Assembly (NCBI GenBank): GCA_039714275.1
Contig: JBDLJO010000001.1
Location: 1 to 59,369, forward strand
Source: Chloroflexota bacterium
Lineage (GTDB): Bacteria; Chloroflexota; Anaerolineae; Anaerolineales; UBA11858
Direction: 5' to 3'
DNA: 59,369 nt
Part shown: piece by piece, positions 36,851-45,812 of the stretch
Position numbering within the stretch: position 1 is the stretch's first letter
Layout: each line of letters begins with the position of its first letter
Notes under the pieces: model-generated
Database searches by the model: none
Seen by the model: the letters and a program-made list of their open reading frames with translations, nothing else
Told to the model about the DNA's origin: nothing
Program-made: the position numbers and the translations under genes

Positions 36851-39051
36851 GAAATCTTTCCTAATCCACGTAAAACACTTTCCGGGGTGAGAGGAAATTC
36901 ATCAAACCATACGCCCGTAGCATCATGCAATGCTGCAATAATGGCTGGTGCTAAGGGGATATATGGCATTTCTCCCATACCCCGAGCCCCAAAGGGACCA
37001 ATCGGATCAGCATATTCAACAATTACAGAATTTACCTTATCTGGAATATCAAGTACGCCTGGAATTAAATATGTAGAAAGATGAGGTGTAAGAGTATAGC
37101 CGTCCTTCTGGATGAAGTTTTCTAACAACACATATCCCGAAGCTTGCACCACGCCACCTTCAATTTGACCAACAACCTGTTGAGGGTTGATGGCTTTGCC
37201 AACATCGTTGGTAGAAATCACTTCCAATAAACGTATTAAACCAGTCTCTGTATCAACTTCAATCTGAACAGCCTGAGCGACATAACCATAAGCAAAATTC
37301 GGATCACACTCACCAGTAACTGGGTCGAATGGGGTAGTTGGAGGAGGAACAAATTTATATCGTGAGATGGCTGGACGCTCCTCAGCCTGCCATTTGATGA
37401 GGGCTCGCTCTGCAGCACCTTTTATTGCATTACCCGCCATAAAGGTCATGCGCGATGCTGAAACACTCCCAGAATTGTCCGTCTTAGTTGTATCAGCGGA
37501 AATCAATTCAATAATGTCAATGGGTACACCCACTGCTTCCGCTGTCATTTGAACAATTGCCGAGTGAGTGCCCTGCCCAACTTCAGCGGCAGCATGTCGA
37601 ACAATAACACGTTCTATTTCGGATTTCCCGAAAAGCTCAATTGTAGCCCAGGAATTTTCTGGTGCACCAAAGGAAAAGCCAACATTTTTAAATCCGCAGG
37701 CAAATCCGCGACCACGCGCGAATGTTGAGGAATCATCTTTTCCACCAATGGTTCTTTTCTTTTCCCACTCAGCTTCTTGGGCGCACTTTTCAATAACTTG
37801 CGGCATCGATACACCTTTCGGCATCGGCGTATTGACGGATAATAATGAGCCATCCTTAACCGAATTGCGCCGACGGATTTCAACAGGATCCATATCTAAA
37901 GCTTGGGCCAGCTTATTGATTTGAGTTTCCGCGGCGAAAGCACCCTGTGGCCCCCCAAAGCCACGGAACGCACCGCCAGGGATATTATTTGTGTATATTG
38001 CATAGGAATCAACTTTGACATTAGGTATTTCGTACGGGCCTGTACACATCAGTGTGGCATTTCCAAGCACCTTGCCGCTCGTATAAATATATGCGCCGCC
38101 GTTCGCAACTACTTCAACTTCTGCGGCCAGAATTTTTCCATCTCGATTAGCTGCCCAGCGCGTGCGCAATAAATATTCGTGACGCTTAGCATGTCCAATG
38201 ATTGACTCTTCTCGGCTCCAAACAATTTTCACCGCCCGATTTATGCCGCGCTGGTGAAGTCGATAGGTCGCCAGTGCCAACACAATTTGGACAGACATAT
38301 CTTCGCGCCCACCAAATGCGCCGCCAATCGCAGGGTGAATAACTCTGATCTGATTTTCGGGCAAGTTCAATGCATGAGCAATTTGTTCTCGTTCTTCATG
38401 AATCCATTGCCCAGCAACTTCAACTGTCACACGCCCATCATCATCAATATATGCAATGCCTGCCTCTGGCTGAAGGAAGGCATGCTCTTGAACAGGCGTA
38501 TGGTATTCGCTTTCTATTTCTACATCTGCTTTTGAAAATGCTTCATCTACATCGCCCTTTCTAATGCGATAATGCAGCATAATATTGGTTTCTCTTTCGG
38601 GATGTAACAAAGGCGCATCAGGTTGCATTGCACCAACGGCATCGGTAATTACAGGTAAATCTTCATAATTAACCGTAATTAAATCACGAGCCTTCGAAGC
38701 AATTGCGTCAGATTCTGCTATTACCAGGGCTACCTGGTCTCCAATAAAACGCACTCGATCGGCAAAATCTTTGTTGGACCCCGGACCGCAAAGAACTGGC
38801 TGATCAGCTTCAATCAAACCATACTCGTTATTTGGCACGTCCTTGGCTGTCAGGACCGCAATTACACCTTCAAGTTTTTCAGCTTTAGTAATATCAATCG
38901 AGCGCACGATCGCATGAGGACGATGGGCAAAAAGAATTTTCATATACGCTTGCCCTACTCGATTAATATCCCCAGGATAAAGTGCTTCTCCAGTAACTTT
39001 TTCTATCGCGTCCAAACGTGTTACAGATTTTCCAATTTGTGACATATTCAT
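36847..39051 (-). CDS. xanthine dehydrogenase family molybdopterin-binding subunit (Moco only)
   Basis: 734 aa. a/b-hammerhead N-terminus (VTGEALYPGDI), GGAFGGRE, GGAFRGFGGPQG, and a C-terminal GMGE motif (FGARGMGEMP). Confidence 0.85.
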   Translation of the reverse strand: MNMSQIGKSVTRLDAIEKVTGEALYPGDINRVGQAYMKILFAHRPHAIVRSIDITKAEKLEGVIAVLTAKDVPNNEYGLIEADQPVLCGPGSNKDFADRVRFIGDQVALVIAESDAIASKARDLITVNYEDLPVITDAVGAMQPDAPLLHPERETNIMLHYRIRKGDVDEAFSKADVEIESEYHTPVQEHAFLQPEAGIAYIDDDGRVTVEVAGQWIHEEREQIAHALNLPENQIRVIHPAIGGAFGGREDMSVQIVLALATYRLHQRGINRAVKIVWSREESIIGHAKRHEYLLRTRWAANRDGKILAAEVEVVANGGAYIYTSGKVLGNATLMCTGPYEIPNVKVDSYAIYTNNIPGGAFRGFGGPQGAFAAETQINKLAQALDMDPVEIRRRNSVKDGSLLSVNTPMPKGVSMPQVIEKCAQEAEWEKKRTIGGKDDSSTFARGRGFACGFKNVGFSFGAPENSWATIELFGKSEIERVIVRHAAAEVGQGTHSAIVQMTAEAVGVPIDIIELISADTTKTDNSGSVSASRMTFMAGNAIKGAAERALIKWQAEERPAISRYKFVPPPTTPFDPVTGECDPNFAYGYVAQAVQIEVDTETGLIRLLEVISTNDVGKAINPQQVVGQIEGGVVQASGYVLLENFIQKDGYTLTPHLSTYLIPGVLDIPDKVNSVIVEYADPIGPFGARGMGEMPYIPLAPAIIAALHDATGVWFDEFPLTPESVLRGLGKIS

Positions 39052-39060
39052 TCCTCTATA

Positions 39061-40767
39061 TTATTTTTCCAAGCGTTTCTGCTCTAACTGCAAAACACGA
39101 CGTAATATTGCTAGAGATGTCGCATAAGCAGGATCCATTCCAAAATAGGAAAGCGAGCTAGATCCTAGGTTTTTTCCCTTGCTAAGTGGGGTATCCGAAG
39201 CATAATGCAGTAATCCAAAATCAAATGGCAAATTATCTAAATTGACAATTTCATCAATTGGATGACGTTTTGGACGACTCATTTCATATACGGCTGAAAG
39301 ATAGGGACCGGCTTCCATTTCGATATCGGTATAACCTTCACGGTAGAAAACATCCATATATTTTGCATTTTGCAAGAAAGTACCACGTACAGTTACTGCT
39401 TTTTGGTTATCCAACACTGTGCCATACATTAAATAGGGTGCAACATCTCCAGCACCAAAGGCATTGGGAGATATGAAGGTATTTCGTGAGTGCTCATCAT
39501 ATATTACTTTGGGAATCATAACATCACCGATAACCCCATTGAGAGTTGCTGCCTTCCCAAGAATATATACTCCCAGCACATTATCAGCATGGATTGAGAC
39601 TTCAGTGAGGATATTGTATGCTGCCAACCCGAGCGGATAATCAATATTCAGGATGATAGCATCACTTTTTACCATATCATTGGGATCGCAATCCAAAATA
39701 CGCGAATCCATCCATTCTGGTTGCATTTTGGATAGATCAATTACTTGCGCATCCACATCAAAAAAGTTTTCACTATAGATACGGTGAATACCACAAATCT
39801 CCTCGTGTTCAGCTCTTTCAGCATGGAATTTTTGACCGACTGATGTTTGCATATATTTTTTTAAAATATAATAAAAGAAATTTTCTTGACTGGAAGGAAC
39901 TTGACGCGTTTGAATATCCCGCCACTCGGTGAGCAAATCATCGTCACTCGATTCTTGCAAATATTGCACCAACGTATCTCGTCGCTGTAAGCCAAATCCA
40001 GAAACCAGATTGACAAGGCTGTGCATATTGCTTGAAATAAAATAAATCGGTCGTTCTCGTAAATCGGGGCAAACTTGCTCAATACGCTGCCACCATCCAT
40101 TTGTTGCCCGGCGATATTCTCGAAGTGAACTATTTAACAAGCGGACAGCTAAGCGTTGAGGGGAGGTCATTATGCGCTCGAAAATAGTTACAAAGTCATC
40201 TCCCCAAATCGTGCGAAGGCGTTCTAAATCTTCGATTGATATTTTCAATATCGCCGCTAATTCAGCACGTGATTTCGAATTTTCATCAGCAGCTATTAAA
40301 ATTTCCTGATCAATGGTTTGATGCATTAATCGGTGCAATTTTTTCCGCTCAATTTGATATGCGGTTAATATCGGTACAACATCATCAATATCAGAGCGGC
40401 TGGCAATAATGCATGCCAAAGTAGCATCACCGTCAAAGTAACACCTGCGGCGTCTTGCACGAGCCACAACTGAAGTCCATTCCTCCACATCACCTACACC
40501 AAACCGAGTAAAAACATCACTGCTCTGGCCTAGAACAACCGTACGGACTTGATGTATGCAGGTCGGCAATCGCAAAATGCTGTAAATGAAGGCAGACATA
40601 TCTGGTGTTTCTCCGCGAGCACCTTGATGCAGCAAAGAATTCGTACCAGAATGCACTTCCTCAAGTGTGCGTATTTGCACATCAGACGATGAACGCAGCA
40701 AAGAGTAATATGTGCGTAAATAAAGCTCGACTTCCTCTGATGCAGTGTAAGGAACCGTTCGTTCCAT
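39061..40767 (-). CDS. 568-aa uncharacterized protein; the C-terminal ~180 aa resemble the PNP/UDP/AMP-nucleosidase phosphorylase fold
   Basis: C-terminus LNIDYPLGLAAYNIL..VYILGKAATLNGVIGDVMIP..TDIEMEAGPYLSAVYE..LLHYASDTPL parallels DeoD/Amn motifs (G-K/x-A/G..GD, EMEAAG, SD). The N-terminal ~380 aa have no motif I recognise. GAGAGG SD. Confidence 0.45.
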   Translation of the reverse strand: MERTVPYTASEEVELYLRTYYSLLRSSSDVQIRTLEEVHSGTNSLLHQGARGETPDMSAFIYSILRLPTCIHQVRTVVLGQSSDVFTRFGVGDVEEWTSVVARARRRRCYFDGDATLACIIASRSDIDDVVPILTAYQIERKKLHRLMHQTIDQEILIAADENSKSRAELAAILKISIEDLERLRTIWGDDFVTIFERIMTSPQRLAVRLLNSSLREYRRATNGWWQRIEQVCPDLRERPIYFISSNMHSLVNLVSGFGLQRRDTLVQYLQESSDDDLLTEWRDIQTRQVPSSQENFFYYILKKYMQTSVGQKFHAERAEHEEICGIHRIYSENFFDVDAQVIDLSKMQPEWMDSRILDCDPNDMVKSDAIILNIDYPLGLAAYNILTEVSIHADNVLGVYILGKAATLNGVIGDVMIPKVIYDEHSRNTFISPNAFGAGDVAPYLMYGTVLDNQKAVTVRGTFLQNAKYMDVFYREGYTDIEMEAGPYLSAVYEMSRPKRHPIDEIVNLDNLPFDFGLLHYASDTPLSKGKNLGSSSLSYFGMDPAYATSLAILRRVLQLEQKRLEK

Positions 40768-40785
40768 AAAAATAACCTCTCAAAA

Positions 40786-41697
40786 TCATGCCCGAGGAAA
40801 ATTCCCGGCATGTTCTACCCAATAAACACCTAATAATATGCTTAATCCACCCAACAACGATGTTACAAAAAATGGTTCACGAAGAATAATGGCCGCAACA
40901 GCAACAGTAACAATGGGTTCAAAATACAGCATTGCACCAACTTATGAGGCTGGAAGCGCTTGCAAACCATCATACCAGAAAACATATGCTATACCTGAAC
41001 AAGCAATTCCCAGAAAAAGGACACTGGTCCATCCCTGTCCGGTGAGCTTTCCAATTTCAGCAAATCCAAGCCCCATCAAAAATGGAATCCCCATCAACAC
41101 CCATCCAAAACACATAACAAAAAACATCATATGTGAAGGCGGGTACTTTTTTAATCCATGACGAGAAAGCACAGAAAAAATCGCCCAATTTGGAGCGCTG
41201 ATCAAAATAAGCCGGTTTCCAGATTCAAACAATTGATCAAATCTGAGAGCAGTCACTTCTCCACCAGAAACAACAATAAGAACTCCTATTGATGCCAATC
41301 CAATTCCCATAATCTGAAACCAGTTTAGACTCTCTTTGAGTATAAACCAGCCCAATATTGCAATAAAAATGGGAGTTGTTGAAACAATCCAAGCAGTCGT
41401 AGAAGCTTGAGCTGTAACCAATCCAGTTGATTGCAGCCATTGATGATATGTGATTCCAATAAAACCTAATAATGCGAAATAAAGGCTGTCCTTCAATGAC
41501 GGCAATTTGAATTGGCCACGTAACAATACGACATATCCCAAAACAAGCACTCCTAAAGCGAAGCGCAGCCAAATTACCGTTATCGGTGAGACATCTTGCA
41601 GGGCAATTTTTGTGGCAATGAACGAAATACCCCAAACCACGACTGCAAAAATCACTTTGGAAAGTGGAAGCATTGCTAATTGACTATTTCTTGACAT
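40786..41697 (-). pseudogene. EamA/DMT-family transporter interrupted by a single in-frame TAA (40942-40944)
   Basis: The ORF-track protein ends ..YDGLQALPAS*. The same frame continues VGAMLYFEPIVTVAVAAIILREPFFVTSLLGGLSILLGVYWV.. (canonical last two EamA helices) to TGA 40786-40788, 19 nt before the next gene's ATG. Confidence 0.65.
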
Positions 41698-41862
41698 GCA
41701 TAATTCCACATTTATTTCAATCAATTTATGCGGGGTAGATATAGACCACAACAATTCCCAAACGTCTGAAATAAATAATTACCCTTTGACACGAATTTCT
41801 CGGTAGAAATTACTCCTTCACTAAAAAGAAATCAAATTTTTCAAATAGAGTTCTATCAAAAT

Positions 41863-42228
41863 TTATTTATATTTTTTTCTTTTCTGAAGCCGTTCAGGAG
41901 GAGCATCCAAAGGTCCAAGTCGGGAACCAGCAGCGCTCCGGTAAATGAACGAATAAATTGTTACCAAGATACTTAAACTAGCTATCAATAATAAAATCCC
42001 AATCAATAAATAAGCAAAAAGGTATGGATACTGGGGAGGACCAGTCAATTCAATCGGAATTCCAAACCACCCATGTTGAAAATTGGCTTTCACTAATTCA
42101 ACCGCACCAGCATATGACATCGCGGGCAGCAAAAAAATCATTATACAACCAATGCCTCGCCAAACTGGGTGAATCTTCCAGCCCGGACCTGTATCTCCTG
42201 CAACCATATTAGGATCATATCTACCCAT
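41863..42228 (-). CDS. 121-aa two-TM membrane protein, hypothetical
   Basis: ATG overlaps the stop of the FAD/FeS subunit gene by 8 nt. Two hydrophobic helices and a basic C-terminus (ERLQKRKKYK). Confidence 0.55.
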   Translation of the reverse strand: MGRYDPNMVAGDTGPGWKIHPVWRGIGCIMIFLLPAMSYAGAVELVKANFQHGWFGIPIELTGPPQYPYLFAYLLIGILLLIASLSILVTIYSFIYRSAAGSRLGPLDAPPERLQKRKKYK

Positions 42229-43648
42229 GATTCACCTCTTTATTACTTACAATTTCCACTGCATCAATTATTTTATAATACCCGGTACAGCGGCATAAAT
42301 TCCCCGTGATCGCTTGTTTGATATCATCGCGTGTTGAATTAGGCTTTTCATCCAACAACATTGTTGTTGACATGATAAAACCAGGCGTGCAGTAGCCACA
42401 CTGAACCGCTCCTTGTTGTACAAAAGCATCTTGTATCGGGTGAAGCTCTTCTAAATTCGCAACACCCTCAATTGTGGTAATCTCAGCACCATGTGCACGT
42501 GGTGCTGGCACTAGACAACTCATCACAGCTTCACCATCCAGATGTACCGTACAGGCCCCGCATTCTCCTTCGCCACAGCCTTCTTTAGTCCCCATTAGGC
42601 CGGCTTCATCGCGCAGCAAATCCAAGAGCGTTTTATTCTGACCGGTTTTAAATATATGTTCTTTTCCATTAATTTTTGTGCTAATAGCTGTATCACCATC
42701 GCTATGCGTACTGCCCGAATTTTGCACTTGTCCATTGTAATAATCATCGTTACGCAGCAGGATTGGAGCATCTGGAAAATCAGCTTTCTCTTGATCATCG
42801 CGGATTGCACTCAAAGCACGGTACGCCAAAACGCGCACCATCTCACTTCGATAAGCGGCTGACCCACGGATATCATCAATTGGGGTAGCAGATTCTTTTG
42901 CAAGCTCCGCTGCCTCAGTGATAACTTTTTCATTTAACGAGTGTCCAACTAAGCTGATTTCTGCTTTCTCAGCATGCATAATGATAGGAGATACAGCCCC
43001 GAGGGTAATCTTGGCATCACTAACAATATCACCCTCAAAAGTCAATACAACTGCTAAATTAACAACTGAAATGGCTTGAGCTTGGCGCAATCCTAGTTTT
43101 AGGAAAGTTCCTCTTTGGCTCTCGTCTAGGGCAGGAAAAGAAATATCTACCACCATTTCATCTGGGCGTAAAATTGTATTCCGCACACCAAGATAGAACT
43201 CACTCAAGGGCACAATGCGTTCACTATTACTAGAGCGCAATGTGAGCGTGGCACCTAAAGCCATCAATGGTGCAATGGTATCGTTGGCTGGCGAAGCGGT
43301 AATTAAATTCCCCGCAACAGTGCCTCGATTGCGAATTTGTGGAGCACCTACAGACCAACATGCTTGAGCTAATGGGAAAGCTTTTTCTCGAATCAATTTT
43401 GAAGCCACACAATGGTTGTGAGTTACTAAGGGGCCGAGATGCATTATATTATTTTCATCAAGCGTAATAGCGTCAATCTCTGCAATACGGGTAATATCGA
43501 TAAGTACATCAATATTACTGCTAATGTTACGCTCAATTTCCAAAATTAAATCTGTGGCTCCAGCCACGATGCGAGCGGATTCCCCATGTTCGGCTAAACT
43601 TTCTAATGCATCGTCAATACTGGCAGCATTGATATATTTACGCCACAT
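42221..43648 (-). CDS. xanthine dehydrogenase family fused FAD-binding (CoxM/XdhB-like) and [2Fe-2S] (CoxS-like) subunit
   Basis: N-terminus IVAGATDL, FAD_binding_5-type; AAYRSEM (CO_deh_flav_C). C-terminus GCGEGECGACTV..SC plus QCGYCTPGF..NLCRCTGY. GGAGGA lies before ATG 43648. Confidence 0.85.
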   Translation of the reverse strand: MWRKYINAASIDDALESLAEHGESARIVAGATDLILEIERNISSNIDVLIDITRIAEIDAITLDENNIMHLGPLVTHNHCVASKLIREKAFPLAQACWSVGAPQIRNRGTVAGNLITASPANDTIAPLMALGATLTLRSSNSERIVPLSEFYLGVRNTILRPDEMVVDISFPALDESQRGTFLKLGLRQAQAISVVNLAVVLTFEGDIVSDAKITLGAVSPIIMHAEKAEISLVGHSLNEKVITEAAELAKESATPIDDIRGSAAYRSEMVRVLAYRALSAIRDDQEKADFPDAPILLRNDDYYNGQVQNSGSTHSDGDTAISTKINGKEHIFKTGQNKTLLDLLRDEAGLMGTKEGCGEGECGACTVHLDGEAVMSCLVPAPRAHGAEITTIEGVANLEELHPIQDAFVQQGAVQCGYCTPGFIMSTTMLLDEKPNSTRDDIKQAITGNLCRCTGYYKIIDAVEIVSNKEVNHG

Positions 43649-43668
43649 AAATCCTCCAAATTTCAAGG

Positions 43669-44463
43669 TTATCTATTTATCATTGATTTTCCATCACCGC
43701 TATTTTGTATCATTAATATTTCAGCCATGATACTCATTGCTATTTCATTGGGTTTTTCTCCACCCAATCTCAATCCAATCGGTGAATGCACTTGCGCTAG
43801 TTTTTCAGCAGAGACACCTTTTTCCATTAACAATTCTTTTGTAAACGCCCATCGCCTTTGTGATCCAATCACCCCAATATAAGCAGCTTCACTTTTTAGC
43901 AAAGATGGTAGTCCAGCAACATCAACCTCACCGCTGCGTGAGGTTAGCACAATATAGGTTGATGGTGTAATTTTAAATTGATTCGCAAAGTCTTCAATAG
44001 TAACTGGATATCTCTCAACGTCATCAGGTACTGCTTCAGGAGAGCAAAATCCATCGCGATCGTCAGTAATTACTACCTTAAAGTCTAACCATTTTGCTAA
44101 ATGGGTCACTTCCTTGCCAACATGCCCCATTCCTACAATTACCACTACCGGACGCGGAATAATAGGTTCCACATAAACCTCCAAAGTACCACCGCAAACA
44201 CCTGGATCACCTGCTACGGGATCGATCATATTGTATTCCAAAATGCGCGTCTCTCCATCTTGAATGGCATCTAAAGCTTCGCCGCGGACGCGATTTTCCA
44301 TTTCCCCTCCCCCAATAGTTCCCACTATTTGTCCATCAGGTAATACCAGCATCTTGCTGCCAACACGGCGAGGAGTTGACCCATGACTGCGCACAATTAT
44401 GCAGAGCGCTCCAACTTCACCTTTTTCATTAATTTCTGCCAATGCACGGAATATGGACATCAA
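43669..44463 (-). CDS. XdhC/CoxI-family molybdoenzyme maturation factor
   Basis: N-terminus ALCIIVRSHGSTPR..GSKMLV..DG...GTIGGG and Rossmann-like VVIVGMGHVG. Confidence 0.85.
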   Translation of the reverse strand: MMSIFRALAEINEKGEVGALCIIVRSHGSTPRRVGSKMLVLPDGQIVGTIGGGEMENRVRGEALDAIQDGETRILEYNMIDPVAGDPGVCGGTLEVYVEPIIPRPVVVIVGMGHVGKEVTHLAKWLDFKVVITDDRDGFCSPEAVPDDVERYPVTIEDFANQFKITPSTYIVLTSRSGEVDVAGLPSLLKSEAAYIGVIGSQRRWAFTKELLMEKGVSAEKLAQVHSPIGLRLGGEKPNEIAMSIMAEILMIQNSGDGKSMINR

Positions 44464-44464
44464 T

Positions 44465-45811
44465 CTATCGCTCCAATAAACCTAGAATCACTGGTAACAA
44501 TTGTTTCTTGCGCGAAACCATACCCGTAGCATGCCTGGTTCCATCCGGCTGTTGAACATAGGGTAGTTCGTCAAGGATGATGGGGGCATCTGAGATTAGT
44601 AAACGGCTAGACCCGCGCACAACATCTGTCACCATGAGCATAGCAAAATCCAGACTTTGTTTCTTACGTAATTCATCCAAAGCAACACCTAACTCTTGGC
44701 GATGTTTACTTAGCTGCATTAGACTGGTAACCTCAGCTTGAGAAATAGAAAAATTCAAGCCACCAGCTTCATACACTTTCATGTCAGTACTAACAATTTC
44801 ATCTGGATCTCGGGTTGACAGGCCGGCACCCGCTTTCAATACTTGCTCTCCAAAAGATTGCAATGTTTCTCCTTTAAGAGCGCTTTCCCAAGAAAATGCC
44901 CAACGAGCCAAGCGTTCTGCGGCTAAATGATCACGCTCAGTTGTTGTGGGTGAAGTTAACAGCAGGGTATCTGAAATCAAACCTGAGAGCAATACGCCAG
45001 CAATATCTGGCGGAGCACTTAGGCCTGCATCCTCAATACGCTCTGAAACCAGGGTGCTCGTGCTGCCTACAATATCCACGGTGAAACGGATAGGTGTACG
45101 TGTAGATGGATTTCCCAGGCGATGGTGGTCGAGAATCTCAATAATTTCAGCTTCTTCTAACGCTCCAATGGCTTGCTCGCTTTCATTGTGATCAACCAGA
45201 ACTACGCGAAGCCTGGGCGGATTTAGCAAATCACGCTGTCGGCAAACACCAACATATTGTTTTTTTTCATCAACAACAAAGAAGAAATTGCGTTCTTCTC
45301 GCAATATGCGCGGTAATGCATCCCGAATTCGACTACCTGCCTGAAAACGCAAAATACCAGTTTCAGCCGCCTCATGACTGGGGACATCTAAAAAATCAGC
45401 GATGCGCATTTCTTGGCGTTTAGGATGTGGACCAATCCATTTGCTAAAAAAATTAAATAAACTTAATCCAGTAAGCAATCCGTAAGGTGTGCCATCATCA
45501 TTAACAAGGGGCGCAACACCACCTGTACGATTTGCAACAGCCCAAGCATCTCGAAGCTTCCCATCAGGAGGAGTAGTATCCATGCGCCGGGTGACACCTT
45601 CAAAGCGGGGAGAAGCGTCTGTTAACAAAACTGGCGGGTCAACTTTCAAACGATCAAGAACCCACAACGTTTGCTGATTAAGAGCGCCAGCTCGCGCGGC
45701 AATGACATCATCTCCATCACGTTCACGAAGCAGCCAAGCATACCCCAAAGCAGAAGCAATTGAATCGGTATCTGGATTTACATGCCCTACAACAAATATC
45801 CGCTCTTGCAT
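44465..45811 (-). CDS. CBS-domain-containing family II (DHH/DHHA2) inorganic pyrophosphatase
   Basis: DHH motifs VVGHVNPDTDSIAS and VLVDHNE, an internal CBS pair, and DHHA2 (MLMVTDV). ATG 45811 has an AGAGGAG SD. The ORF-track N-terminal extension overlaps the upstream gene. Confidence 0.8.
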   Translation of the reverse strand: MQERIFVVGHVNPDTDSIASALGYAWLLRERDGDDVIAARAGALNQQTLWVLDRLKVDPPVLLTDASPRFEGVTRRMDTTPPDGKLRDAWAVANRTGGVAPLVNDDGTPYGLLTGLSLFNFFSKWIGPHPKRQEMRIADFLDVPSHEAAETGILRFQAGSRIRDALPRILREERNFFFVVDEKKQYVGVCRQRDLLNPPRLRVVLVDHNESEQAIGALEEAEIIEILDHHRLGNPSTRTPIRFTVDIVGSTSTLVSERIEDAGLSAPPDIAGVLLSGLISDTLLLTSPTTTERDHLAAERLARWAFSWESALKGETLQSFGEQVLKAGAGLSTRDPDEIVSTDMKVYEAGGLNFSISQAEVTSLMQLSKHRQELGVALDELRKKQSLDFAMLMVTDVVRGSSRLLISDAPIILDELPYVQQPDGTRHATGMVSRKKQLLPVILGLLER

Positions 45812-45812
45812 G

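Noticed and set aside
41780-41815. AAUUUCUACCGAG on the minus strand, reminiscent of the purine-riboswitch J2/3 segment (UUUCUACC), upstream of the EamA/XDH genes.
   Set aside because: The flanking sequence cannot form the P2 and P3 hairpins or the conserved loop-loop nucleotides. Only a simple 7-bp hairpin (AATTTCT/AGAAATT) is present.
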